A model generated the notes under the pieces. That model saw nothing but the letters and a program-made list of their open reading frames with translations, did not search any database and was not told where the DNA came from. Below are positions 16,406 to 25,376 of a stretch of DNA of 44,425 nt, piece by piece. Each line of letters begins with the position of its first letter. Positions within the stretch are counted from its first letter, which is position 1. The DNA is from a virus (taxonomy: Duplodnaviria > Caudoviricetes). Made by a program: the position numbers and the translations under genes. The stretch lies in the IMG/VR virus record IMGVR_UViG_3300044713_000054, positions 1 through 44,425 of that record; one strand, 5' to 3'.

Positions 16406-17928
16406 TATTCATCCCCGCCATGCAGTTCGGTAACCACGAAGACGCCGTTCAGTCCGGTGTGCATCGGGCCGGACCAGACCAGCTCGAACACGAAGTCGAT
16501 GCCGTAGCCGCACTGGTTGAACGTCGGGCGCGTCGAATACTCGCCCTGCGCCCCGAGATATTGCGCGCTGTGAACGAAGAACGAGAAGCCGCGGTCCTGG
16601 CTGATCCGCAAGGTGACCATCGGCGGCTCGTTGAGAACCCCTGGCGGCCCGAAGCCGGCATTGAAGCCGAGCGTCCACGGTGAGCCGGTCAACGTGGGTA
16701 CGGGATAACCGGGCCCGTTGCCACACTCCATGTCGGCGATCAGCCGCCAGACCGTGACCCGATCGAAGTTCTCGTTGTCGAGCAGGTGCGGAATGCCGCG
16801 GCGATAGACGATCGGCATGCCGTTGTCGGAATAGTTCGTCTCATCGACCAGATAGAGTTGCCCGGTGCTCCAGTCCTGCGCCACGTTCTTGCCGTAGGCG
16901 TAGGCCTTGAACAGGTCGCGGCTTCGATGCTGCACGCCGTTGGTGTCGTAATAGGCCTTCTCGTGCCACTCCTGCGTGCTCTCGTCGAATACCCAGGTGC
17001 GATCGGCGGTCGGAAAGTGGAATTCGACGAACGGGTGGCCTCTGATCTGATAGGTGACGCCGATGCAGTCGTCGACGCGCGGATAGGTCAGCCATTCCTC
17101 TTCGATGGCGTTGGTCGAGATGCGCTGCGACTGCTGCCCCGCCCCCCGCATCGCCATGCGCGAGCCTTCCGGGGACTGCGAAATCCAGTAACAGTTCACA
17201 TCCTGCTTGCAGAGCGAATACTTGGCGGCGCAGCCCTGCTCGATGATGTTGCCTGAGAGAATGCCAAACGGGAATGGCACCGTGGCGTTGTTGGTCCAGA
17301 TCTCGCCCTTGTACTTGCCCATGATCCAGGCTTGGCGCTCGACCGCGATGACCGCGATCACGTTGTCCGGCCATGCCGTCTTGGTGCCGAAGTAGAGCGC
17401 GTTGAACGCGGCCTGGTTCTCCAGCGTCGAATACCAGTTCGGCGTATTCGGCTCGTTGAAGATCAGGAAGTAGTCGAGGAAGTCGACGCGATCCGAGCCG
17501 AGATAGTTCGGATCGCCGAGCGTGCCGAAGGTGCCCTTGGCTCCGGCCGCCAAAACGATCTCATAAGCCGTGGTCGAGCCATCCACCACGATGGCGTCGG
17601 TCGAATTGTCCGCCGCATAGACCGGATTGTTGCTCGGGGTGAGTAATACGCCGACCAGGGTAAAAACCCAATCCGGGCTGATCCAATAGACGTTCTGGCC
17701 AATGAAGGCGTAGAGATCGCCGAGCGTGGAGACGTAGAGCCCGCGGCCTTGGGCAGGGGCAGGAGGCGCGCCCAGAGGCGTGTTCCCTGGGCGCGAGTAG
17801 TGCGTGACATTGACGGGGGCCTGAGCGGATTCGGCGTTCTTTTCACAATACAGGTTGACCGAACGCTGCGCCCCCGCGATTAGCGAGGCCTGCTTGTACG
17901 ATCCTCCCAAAATAGGGATTCTGGCCAC
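16405..17928 (-). CDS. Tail hub/packaged-DNA stabilisation protein (P22 gp10-like)
   Basis: 507 aa; QRSVNLY.E, V.FLD.F.IF, GC.A..S, IST.AIE, YQ..GH.F...FP....TW.FD..T..WH motifs. Confidence 0.9.
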   Translation of the reverse strand: MARIPILGGSYKQASLIAGAQRSVNLYCEKNAESAQAPVNVTHYSRPGNTPLGAPPAPAQGRGLYVSTLGDLYAFIGQNVYWISPDWVFTLVGVLLTPSNNPVYAADNSTDAIVVDGSTTAYEIVLAAGAKGTFGTLGDPNYLGSDRVDFLDYFLIFNEPNTPNWYSTLENQAAFNALYFGTKTAWPDNVIAVIAVERQAWIMGKYKGEIWTNNATVPFPFGILSGNIIEQGCAAKYSLCKQDVNCYWISQSPEGSRMAMRGAGQQSQRISTNAIEEEWLTYPRVDDCIGVTYQIRGHPFVEFHFPTADRTWVFDESTQEWHEKAYYDTNGVQHRSRDLFKAYAYGKNVAQDWSTGQLYLVDETNYSDNGMPIVYRRGIPHLLDNENFDRVTVWRLIADMECGNGPGYPVPTLTGSPWTLGFNAGFGPPGVLNEPPMVTLRISQDRGFSFFVHSAQYLGAQGEYSTRPTFNQCGYGIDFVFELVWSGPMHTGLNGVFVVTELHGGDE

Positions 17929-18044
17929 AGCTTAGCTACTCGCTGCAACATGAACCGCAGCCCAAAATGCAAGCCATCGTCCGCATCCCCCATCACGGAA
18001 GAGCAGATAGTGTGCTCGCACTTTTGTGGAGAAGGATCGGCGCA

Positions 18045-18557
18045 TCAGTTGCCGGACACGCACCACCACGAACCGCCGGCCGGAGCGAAGCATTCCGCAC
18101 TCTTGCCATTGGTCATGTTGGTGTAAGCGGTGGTGCCGGTGGTGCCGTTGATCGCGTCAGTCTGCGTCGACGACCAGCTGGTGACGCTCGAATAGATGTT
18201 GACCGTCTGGCCCGTGTTGTTGGCGATGTAGACGTCAGCAGCGGGCTTGGCCGTCGGCAGGCAGACCGATCCGGTGCCGCCAAGCGTCGCAGTGAGGAAT
18301 GTCATGCCGCCATTGAGCTGGGTACAACCGGCCTGGGTCAACGTGGTGCTGACCGTGGTGACCGACGAATAGTTTGAGAAGGTATTATTCTGCAGCGACT
18401 GCTCTATCGAATAGATGTTTGTGGTCGGATCGCCGAGCGACGGGCCGTTGGTGCCCGGCAACGGCAACACGCTCGCAGCCTTGGCGACAAGGAAGCCGAG
18501 CAACACCAACGCAAAGGCGGCGCCGAAGCCGCGACCAAGATTAAACCATCGATTCAT
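18045..18557 (-). CDS. Signal-peptide-bearing putative virion decoration/fibre protein (paralog A)
   Basis: SD CAGGAG, ATG 18557; AKA|A cleavage site; 4 Cys; lies between gp4-like and gp10-like genes. Confidence 0.7.
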   Translation of the reverse strand: MNRWFNLGRGFGAAFALVLLGFLVAKAASVLPLPGTNGPSLGDPTTNIYSIEQSLQNNTFSNYSSVTTVSTTLTQAGCTQLNGGMTFLTATLGGTGSVCLPTAKPAADVYIANNTGQTVNIYSSVTSWSSTQTDAINGTTGTTAYTNMTNGKSAECFAPAGGSWWCVSGN

Positions 18558-18574
18558 TGCCGCTCTCCTGTGAG

Positions 18575-19102
18575 TTAGCTGATGGAACCGCAGTACCACG
18601 CGCCGTTATTGGCGGCGAAACAGTAGGTGCTCTTGCCGTTGGTGAGGCCGGTATAGGGCGTCGTCCCGGCAGTGCCGTTTATGGTGTCCGTGGAGCCGCC
18701 CTGCACGCCCGGAGTGGCCGAACTATAGAGATCGATGGTTTGTGTCGAAGCGTTGCCGATCGACACCCGCTTGCCTGCGATGGCGCTCGGCAGGCAGATA
18801 TAGCCGGTCGAGGCCGACGTCTTGATCTCGATGAAACCGTCCTGTTGCAGCTGCGTGCAATTCGCCTGCCCGGAGGTCTGCGAGACCGACAGCGACGGCG
18901 AATAGCCCATGCCGTTATCTTGCGCATGCGCCGAGAACAATCGGTTGATGTTGAAGTTGTAATCACCAAGCCACGGTCCGGGCGTCACAGCGCCGTTGTT
19001 CCAGAACGCCGATTGCGAGGCCATCGCACCAATGGCCCCGATTATGACCAGTGCGAAGGCTGCACCGAATGCAGCGCCGAAGCGAGTTGATTTCATGGCC
19101 AT
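18575..19102 (-). CDS. Signal-peptide-bearing putative virion decoration/fibre protein (paralog B)
   Basis: AMA|S cleavage site; 4 Cys aligned with paralog A; shared FGAAFAL and TD.ING..GTT.YT..TNGKS..CFA...G.W.C. Confidence 0.7.
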   Translation of the reverse strand: MAMKSTRFGAAFGAAFALVIIGAIGAMASQSAFWNNGAVTPGPWLGDYNFNINRLFSAHAQDNGMGYSPSLSVSQTSGQANCTQLQQDGFIEIKTSASTGYICLPSAIAGKRVSIGNASTQTIDLYSSATPGVQGGSTDTINGTAGTTPYTGLTNGKSTYCFAANNGAWYCGSIS

Positions 19103-19126
19103 GTTCCTCTAGGCAAGCTATTGAGA

Positions 19127-19882
19127 CTAATACGTAAAATCGCCGTACACGTTGTACCGGGTGCGTGTACGTAAAACAGCGGGCATTCTCAATTCAGGAA
19201 CTTGGCATTGCGAAGCCCGCAGCGTGTCGAGCGCATCCTTCGCCAGCTTATTCAATTCCGGGTCCGGCCGCAGCCCCTTGCCGTAGAACTGGCGCAGGCG
19301 CTTGCCGAGATTGAACTCCATCGCCGCTCCGGCAGCCGGCGGCAATCCTGCGAGCGATAGCGTCAGCGGCAAGATCAGCGGGAACACGTTCTTGCAGATG
19401 ATGTGGACTTCGTAGAGACCCCCGCCCTGCGGCCACGGATAGACGAACAGGTTCCCGACCGGCGATGCCGTGTCGTAGAAATACGCCTTGGAGAACGCCA
19501 CGAGGTTCTTGAGCGCCACCTCGGCATATTGCTCGCGTGCCGGGATTTGCTTGAGCATCTGGTCGACGGGCAAGCCCGTGCCGGAGCCGAGGATGCGCAG
19601 GTAGGCCGCCTCGATCCGGTCCGGCCGCGGCGTCAGCGCGAAGTTGCCGCCGGGGCCTACCGTGTACGGGGTATCCTGTCCGGTCGCCTGGAATGCCAGA
19701 TCGAGCTTCTCGAACACCAGCCAGGTCTTGACGTTCCACTGCGCCAGCATGCGGGCGAGAAGGTTCTGGCCATCCAGAATCTCCCCGCCGCTGAGCGTCT
19801 GGCCGCGGGCCAAGAGCCCCGACATCTTATAAGCGGTCGTTACAACGTCGTTGACGGTATACGTGCCGGTTACGGTCGACAA
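19127..19882 (-). CDS. Head-tail adaptor (P22 gp4-like)
   Basis: T..D....A.K..G....GQT....E..D....L..ML.QW, YT.GPGG.F...RP..I..A..R, ..NL..RL...YG motifs; TTG start. Confidence 0.8.
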   Translation of the reverse strand: MSTVTGTYTVNDVVTTAYKMSGLLARGQTLSGGEILDGQNLLARMLAQWNVKTWLVFEKLDLAFQATGQDTPYTVGPGGNFALTPRPDRIEAAYLRILGSGTGLPVDQMLKQIPAREQYAEVALKNLVAFSKAYFYDTASPVGNLFVYPWPQGGGLYEVHIICKNVFPLILPLTLSLAGLPPAAGAAMEFNLGKRLRQFYGKGLRPDPELNKLAKDALDTLRASQCQVPELRMPAVLRTRTRYNVYGDFTY

Positions 19883-20464
19883 TTACTCGTCCTCGCCGAG
19901 TTGCTCGATGGTCACGGCACGCGGCGCGCGCTTGGCCTTGACCTTCTTCTTGCGGCGTCGGCGGCGGACCGGAGCCTCATCCTCGTCGTCATCCTCGGCG
20001 GCCGCCAATTGCTTGCGCAGCTTCTCGTTCTCCGCCGCGAGCCGCGTCTCGTTCGCCGACGGTCCCATGTTGAGCGGGATCGCGAGCGTGCCGGGCAGCG
20101 GCCGGTTGACCTCGATGCCGAGCATCTCGCAGACCAGTTCCTCGTCCTCCGAGTTGTTCACGATGATGTCGGCGCCGACGTTCGGGGCAAATCCGGCGTC
20201 GACGATCTCCTGCGTCGCCACCATCGGCACCGGGTCGCCGAGCTTGGGGCACCGCTCCTCGTAGTATTCCTCACGGGTATTCCGCTCGATCTTGCGGTTC
20301 TTCTCCAGCCACTCGGCGCGGTCGTCCTTGGTGAAGGCGCGCACCAGCATCTTCGGGAACGGATGCCCGCTCTGGCCGGGAGGCGCGTTCTTCACCCAGG
20401 TCGGGAAGAACTTCTCATTGGTCTGCGGGGAATCGGGAATGGATGAGTTGTGTCCCATGGTCAT
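19883..20464 (-). CDS. Hypothetical head-module protein with charged C-terminus
   Basis: SD AAGGA; FPKM motif; acidic then basic tail. Confidence 0.7.
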   Translation of the reverse strand: MTMGHNSSIPDSPQTNEKFFPTWVKNAPPGQSGHPFPKMLVRAFTKDDRAEWLEKNRKIERNTREEYYEERCPKLGDPVPMVATQEIVDAGFAPNVGADIIVNNSEDEELVCEMLGIEVNRPLPGTLAIPLNMGPSANETRLAAENEKLRKQLAAAEDDDEDEAPVRRRRRKKKVKAKRAPRAVTIEQLGEDE

Positions 20465-20578
20465 GGTTCCTTATGTGAATTCGCGGGGCGGGGTACTAAC
20501 AGCCGCTTCGGTTTCCCCCGCCCATCTCGACTAAGTTGGACCGTGCATTGCGGGCGCTCGGCCACTCGCCAGAGGTGA

Positions 20579-21007
20579 TTAGGCGGCAGGCGCCGGTGCG
20601 GGTGCCGGCTGAGCGACCGGCGTGGCGTCGGCATACTCGGTGGCGATCACGGCGTCGCCTTCCTTGAACTCCTTCTCGTCCTCCTCGGACTCGAAGACGA
20701 CGGCATTGCCGGCATTGGCATGACCGGGACGCCATACCAGCGGCACGATACGGCCGCGGTTGTCCTGGACGTTGACGGCCTTCGGATAGTCGTCGACCAC
20801 ATGCGGCTCGATGCCGGCTTTGGCCATCAACCCGGCCACATGCGCGATATTGAGCGGCGTCGGTTCGAGATCCAGCAACTTGCAGACCTCCTCAAGGAAG
20901 CTTTCCTTGCGCTGATCTTCGGGCGCGGGATGCGGAGGTTCCTTGAGCAGCAGTGGACGTAAGCGAACCGCAGTCGCTGCGGGGTCTAGTTTCACGGTGT
21001 CGGGCAT
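20579..21007 (-). CDS. Hypothetical head-module protein
   Basis: SD AGGAG; directly downstream of the capsid gene; YPK...V.F...EDE pattern. Confidence 0.7.
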   Translation of the reverse strand: MPDTVKLDPAATAVRLRPLLLKEPPHPAPEDQRKESFLEEVCKLLDLEPTPLNIAHVAGLMAKAGIEPHVVDDYPKAVNVQDNRGRIVPLVWRPGHANAGNAVVFESEEDEKEFKEGDAVIATEYADATPVAQPAPAPAPAA

Positions 21008-21034
21008 TTCAAATCTCCTATCGGTGAAGTGGTA

Positions 21035-21060
21035 GGCGTGACCTATTGCTAAGTCACGCC
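21035..21060 (-). other. Stem-loop after the capsid stop (GGCGTGACTTA-GCAA-TAGGTCACGCC)
   Basis: 11-bp stem with GNRA loop, no U-tract; likely an mRNA stabiliser or attenuator. Confidence 0.5.
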
Positions 21061-21080
21061 ATGCTAAGTTGTTGAAAACC

Positions 21081-22819
21081 CTAGATACTGTCTACGACTA
21101 GGCAGCCCCATTCTGGGCGAGGGTTCAAACTTCCAAACAAGACATCCAAGCGCGTGATCTCCTGATCCGTCCCGATTTGGTACTGCGTCAGCGACCGCAT
21201 CGACACGTTGTCGTACCTGTGCCGTGCGGACTGTTGCAGGTTCGCAGGGATCGGCAGGTCGCCGGTCGCCATGGTGATCATCTGCGGCGCGTAAGCAAAG
21301 TTGCGCCGGAAGGTGACGGACGCCAGCGTATAGAGCGAGATCGCCGCGTTCGCCGCCGGCGAAACGGTCACGGTCTGGTACTGGACCGCGTTGCCGCCCG
21401 AGGCCGGGATGATCGACGGGTAGAGCGAGAGCGAGGTGGCTCCCGATACCGCGTTCGAGGTGACCACGAACTGCCGCAGCATGCCGGTGGTCTGCTTGGT
21501 GACCCGGTTGACCGCGTTGACGCTGGCGATGGTGACGATATCGCCGGCATTGAGCGAGCCGGTAATGGCGTTGGTCACGAGCGTCGGCCCGGTCTGGTTA
21601 GCGCCGTTGACGGTGCCCGCGGTGAACGATCCCGCGGTATGCTTGATCACCGTCTGGTCCATGAACCAGGTGAAGCCGAGAGCGCGGTACATCACGCCTT
21701 CGTAATATTGCTCGCTGATCGCCGAACCGGGGTTGAGAAGGCCGGTGAGACTTTGCACCACACGGGCTTCCGTCCACGGGTCGTTGATCACCTTGCGGGC
21801 CGGCATCGGCGCCGAGTTGTCATTCAGACGAGCGCGGGCCTGGAGGTAGGTGCCCGCGTTAGGCGTCTGGATGTTGCCGGCGCCGTCGAGGTTCGCCTGG
21901 ATGCCCGCGATCGCGCCTTCCGTATTGCTCATGATGGTCGCCGCAACCGAGCCGGCGAGGTTGTTCATCATGGGCAACAGAATGCGCTCGGCGAAGTCAT
22001 CCAAGCTGAGCAGAAGATCCGCCTGCGAGAACGACACGTCGACATGCTGCTGCGTCGACATCGTAAGCACGGTCTGCTGTTCCGAAGTGTCCTGCACGGA
22101 CACGCCGGGACCGGACGTCACGATGAAGTCGTTGGGCAGCCGGATGCGCAGCTGCGAGCCGATCTTGGCACCGCTGCGGCCGAACTCGTCATCGAACTGA
22201 CGGTCGATATTCTTGATGAACAGAGCTGTTATCGCGCGGGCTCTTTATCCTGCGCTTCTGCATGTCGCCATGCAGCTCGGACTATATCATCACCTCTTGC
22301 GAGGGCCGGGCGCTCGTGGGCCGATTATTGTTGGAACTCACGGCCTAGTCTCTAGAGCTTCCGCCGAACCTATGTCCTCAGCGGCTTGCTACGGGATTGT
22401 CTCTTGCGAGAGTTTCCCCGTTTCACCCAGTTTTAGAACGCCATCATTCTTTAGCGTTCGAGTTCACGAAGAGCTCAATCGCCTCTCTCGTGATCATGCT
22501 GCCAGATGTTCAGCAACGATTGCCACCGTTGCCCGTCTTGCGACAGCCGCAGCTTTCACCGCGGAGCAGATCATATCATCATCCCTTGCGGGAGCCGTGC
22601 GCTTCGGGCCGCTTGGCCCTACGAGCTTGCGCTCTGATCGTTGAACCTTCCCCGGTGCTCGGGGCTTGGCTGCTGATTGCCCAATCCATCGTTCTTTTCG
22701 GCTGTCACGTCTGCCATTCCTGGCTGCGTTGTAGCGACGATGGCTCTAAGGGTGTTCCAGATCAATTCACACGGTTTAGTCACGACCTAGCGTTTGATCG
22801 TGAGGATTGAATTAGCCAT
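21081..22819 (-). CDS. Major capsid protein (P22 coat/gp5 family), spliced: exons 22819-22797, 22501-22453, 22220-21081; 403 aa
   Basis: Joined exons read MANSILTISMITREAIELFVNSNAFIKNIDRQFDDEFGRSGAKIGSQLRIRLP..., the canonical N-terminus of this coat family; 23+49+1140=1212 nt, in frame. Confidence 0.92.
22221..22452 (-). ncRNA. Group I intron 2 (232 nt, ORF-less, IA-like) in the major capsid gene
   Basis: Exon ends GAACGCU paired with IGS GGCGUUC (U-G at splice site); Q AAUCCCGUAGC; R CUAGAGACUA; S GAUAUAGUCC; P3 CUGGGUG/CGCCCGG; GNRA-capped P5, P8, P9; terminal G. Confidence 0.92.
22502..22796 (-). ncRNA. Group I intron 1 (295 nt, ORF-less, IA2-like) in the major capsid gene
   Basis: Exon ends UCACGAU paired with IGS GUCGUGA (U-G at splice site); P3 CCGUGUG/CGCACGG; Q AAUCAGCAGC; R GUUCAACGAUCA; S GAUAUGAUCU; P7.1 and P7.2 hairpins; P8, P9, P9.1, P9.2; terminal G. 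Confidence 0.92.
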
Positions 22820-22825
22820 TGGGGT

Positions 22826-22990
22826 TGATCCCTGTGCTGGTTGCGATTGCACCATGCCTTTCGCGAGGTGCGGTTCAGCACGAGTTTCCGCTCGGACGGC
22901 CAGCACGGGCTGGGCACGGCTATTTGTCGGCCGGACGACTAGCACTGGGTAGGCCAGGACCAACGGTTCAGGGATCATAGGCACGGCTAT
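22826..22990 (-). promoter_or_regulatory. Candidate structured 5' leader of the capsid gene
   Basis: 9-bp closing helix TGATCCCTG(22826-22834)/CAGGGATCA(22969-22977) with internal hairpins; 11-nt direct repeat at 22913 and 22980. Confidence 0.45.
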
Positions 22991-23361
22991 CAAGCGGCCG
23001 GACGCTGTAAGATCAGTTCTGCTATACGACTGACAGCAGCGATATAGCGTTCCCATCGCTCGGGAGCGGCACATTCTTCCAGATTTGAAATCATCGGAGC
23101 GGCGATGGTTTTCTCAAAGGTGTCAAGGTCGCGTTCAAGAAGCTGGAATTCTTCTTCGCTGATCCGCAGATCACAGTGCATGTCGACGTGATCGTGCGCT
23201 ACGATCAATACAGGTTCGGGCGCGATCTTGACGTAACGGATCGATCGTCCGCCGAATGCCTGCACCAGCAAACACATTCGCAATTCGCTGATCTCGGCAT
23301 CTTCAAGAGGCTGTAACCCATCCGGTCCGCCCGTGACATCGCTAGCTTTCATGGCAATCAC
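22990..23361 (-). CDS. Hypothetical protein between scaffold and capsid
   Basis: GTG 23361 overlapping the scaffold stop (alternative ATG 23352). Confidence 0.55.
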   Translation of the reverse strand: MIAMKASDVTGGPDGLQPLEDAEISELRMCLLVQAFGGRSIRYVKIAPEPVLIVAHDHVDMHCDLRISEEEFQLLERDLDTFEKTIAAPMISNLEECAAPERWERYIAAVSRIAELILQRPAA

Positions 23362-24320
23362 CGCTGCCCGGTCTTGCTCAGCGACCATGGCCGGCCGACG
23401 CTCTCGCGCTTCTGGCGGGCACGCTCGGCGAACCACGCGGCATCGTACTGGTCCGCATTCGGGTTCCATCTCTGCGCATTGCCTTCGGGAGTCGGCGGTC
23501 CCGCCATCTGCATCTTCGGATCGTAGAGATCGACTGATCCGGTGACCGGAGCCTGCCCACCAGCACCGCCAACCACGGGTGCAACGGGAGGCGGCGCGCC
23601 GGAAGGCCGGACTGGGGGCTTCGGCGCTATCTTCTCCATGCCGATCTTGATCAGCGCCGCGGTCTGCTTCTGCGGCGGCAGGTCGAGGATCTCCTGGAAC
23701 TTGTTCGGGTCCTTGCCGAGCGTCATCAGGACATGAGCAGGGTCATCGCTGGCGAAGATGCCGTTCATAAGATCGGGCGGGACGCCGCCCATCTTCTGCA
23801 GATTGGCAGCCACCGTCGGCCATTCCGGTTCCGCCGTGACCTGCTTGGTGAGGTTCTCGACCTCAAGATCGAAGCGGGCCTTGGCTACGGGGTCCGCGGC
23901 GGCCATAGGCGCTGCGGGGGCGGGCGGGGCAGCCGCAACAGGCGGGGCAGCCGGAGGCGCACCAGGAGCCACGGGCGGGGTTGTAGGGGCCGTTCTGGCG
24001 GCTAGTTCCCGTAGCCGGGCGTTCTCAGCCTCTACTTCGGCGACTTTGGCAGCCTGAGCCTCGAGTTCCTTGATCTTCCGGTGCTGCCGATCGATTTGCT
24101 TGTCCTTCCAAGCGTTCGGGTCAGCGGCCGGAGGCGTCGGCGGGGCAGGGGGCGTGCCGTCCGGGGGAGCAGCGCCAGCCGCAGGATCGGGCGGAGGGGT
24201 GCCATCACCGCCTGCGGGGGGCGGCGCGTCTCCTGAGCCTCCTGTGGGGTCTAGCGGAGGGTCGCCGTCGGCAAGGCAAATGAGGGGATTATGGAACTCG
24301 TAGGGGTAGCGGATGCGCAT
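23358..24320 (-). CDS. Capsid scaffolding protein
   Basis: Pro/Asp-rich N-terminus, central coiled coil, L.KDP.....I..L.P..Q...L..I, S.AP.P..PV motif; between portal and coat. Confidence 0.8.
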   Translation of the reverse strand: MRIRYPYEFHNPLICLADGDPPLDPTGGSGDAPPPAGGDGTPPPDPAAGAAPPDGTPPAPPTPPAADPNAWKDKQIDRQHRKIKELEAQAAKVAEVEAENARLRELAARTAPTTPPVAPGAPPAAPPVAAAPPAPAAPMAAADPVAKARFDLEVENLTKQVTAEPEWPTVAANLQKMGGVPPDLMNGIFASDDPAHVLMTLGKDPNKFQEILDLPPQKQTAALIKIGMEKIAPKPPVRPSGAPPPVAPVVGGAGGQAPVTGSVDLYDPKMQMAGPPTPEGNAQRWNPNADQYDAAWFAERARQKRESVGRPWSLSKTGQR

Positions 24321-24358
24321 AGCTCTCTCCTGCACGGGATTGGCGCCCGGACGCTTCG

Positions 24359-24610
24359 TTAACTGACCTTACGTTGCCGCTCGATGACCGCAAGTTCGTT
24401 GCCAAACTCGAAGCCGCGCGGGAACCTGACCTTCATACTGCCTTGGCGGAACAGAATCTCGCAGCCTGCCTTCTTGAGCAGCAGCCCGGCCAAGCGGATG
24501 GCGGCCTCGGGCGGAACCTCGAACGGCATAACCGCGCCGAGCCGGATGCGCACATCGCCGTCGGGAAGGGTGTCGACGCCGTAATTGTCGTCGTCTTGGT
24601 CGAGGCTCAT
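24359..24610 (-). CDS. Hypothetical protein
   Basis: ATGA-coupled, SD AGGAGG. Confidence 0.6.
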   Translation of the reverse strand: MSLDQDDDNYGVDTLPDGDVRIRLGAVMPFEVPPEAAIRLAGLLLKKAGCEILFRQGSMKVRFPRGFEFGNELAVIERQRKVS

Positions 24611-25083
24611 CTGAGTCCTCCTAGCCTGCCGAGCGGCGCCTGCGTGACGTTCGGCGACAGCCGCGGGTCGGTCTGCTTCAGTTCCTTCTCGCGGTCCTCA
24701 AGTAACGCCGCATAGATCGCATCCTTTAGGTTCTGGTGAACCTGCGGCATCGACAGCATCTCGGTCAGTTGCTCCCGCGCGCCCTTGTACCAGTGCAGCC
24801 AGCCTGGCGTGTCGTAGTGCACCGAACCGTCGTCAATATGCCGGATAGACCCGTCAGGGAAACGCTTCTCACGACCATGCTTGCGGCCGGCGAGATAGTC
24901 CTTGAGCGTAGGATACGTCTTGGCGAACAGCTTAGGCTCGATGTTGAGCAGGATGCGGCCACGCTGGCGGATTTGAACCTTGTGGTCTTGGCTCTCGGCG
25001 GCGCGGACGCCTTCGTAGAAGATCGAAGCGAGTTCGCGGGCGTGATGTTCGATAGTTCTCTCAACCACGCGCAAATTCTCCAT
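24607..25083 (-). CDS. Hypothetical protein
   Basis: 158 aa, codon bias like the other operon genes. Confidence 0.7.
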   Translation of the reverse strand: MENLRVVERTIEHHARELASIFYEGVRAAESQDHKVQIRQRGRILLNIEPKLFAKTYPTLKDYLAGRKHGREKRFPDGSIRHIDDGSVHYDTPGWLHWYKGAREQLTEMLSMPQVHQNLKDAIYAALLEDREKELKQTDPRLSPNVTQAPLGRLGGLR

Positions 25084-25092
25084 GAAGTCTTT

Positions 25093-25209
25093 TCACGGAT
25101 GCCGATCCAACCCGGTTGAATCAGGATGCGGCGCGCCGGAGATGATAACGTAAAGCGCATAGCCAGTAAGGACAACGGCGGGGAGACCGAAGAGAACAAC
25201 CCAGCTCAT
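25093..25209 (-). CDS. Small membrane peptide, 38 aa
   Basis: MSWVVLFGLPAVVLTGYALYVIISG...; ATGA overlap, SD GGAGG. Confidence 0.45.
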   Translation of the reverse strand: MSWVVLFGLPAVVLTGYALYVIISGAPHPDSTGLDRHP

Positions 25210-25376
25210 AACAGGAAATCCTCCGGCTTCACTTCACGGATGCCGTGCTTGGGGCATTTGAAATACTCGACACCCTCTTCTTCGACAAGCCGCGCCCTCT
25301 CGCAACAGGCGTGCGTGATCAGGTGCAGGCCGGGGCGCGTGTAGATCTTCGGCTCTTCCGGTTGTTTGTCAGACAT
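25206..25376 (-). CDS. Small Cys/His protein, 56 aa
   Basis: HACC...CPKHG; SD GAGG. Confidence 0.5.
   Translation of the reverse strand: MSDKQPEEPKIYTRPGLHLITHACCERARLVEEEGVEYFKCPKHGIREVKPEDFLL

Noticed and set aside
18045-19102. Similar 3' ends as a diversity-generating retroelement TR/VR pair
   Set aside because: Differences are not adenine-specific, both copies are coding paralogs, and no reverse transcriptase is in the window
21081-22121. 346-aa ORF as the complete capsid protein, or the capsid as a pseudogene
   Set aside because: The frame continues upstream to 22220, and the missing N-terminus is found in two upstream exons with precise group I splice signals
22213-22810. Plus-strand ORFs 22213-22644 and 22397-22810 as intron-encoded endonucleases
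   Set aside because: They are antisense to the introns, have no HNH, GIY-YIG or LAGLIDADG motif, and run across ribozyme cores
22787-23074. 95-aa minus-strand ORF
   Set aside because: Only its last codons (MANSILTI) are real, as capsid exon 1; the rest is leader sequence
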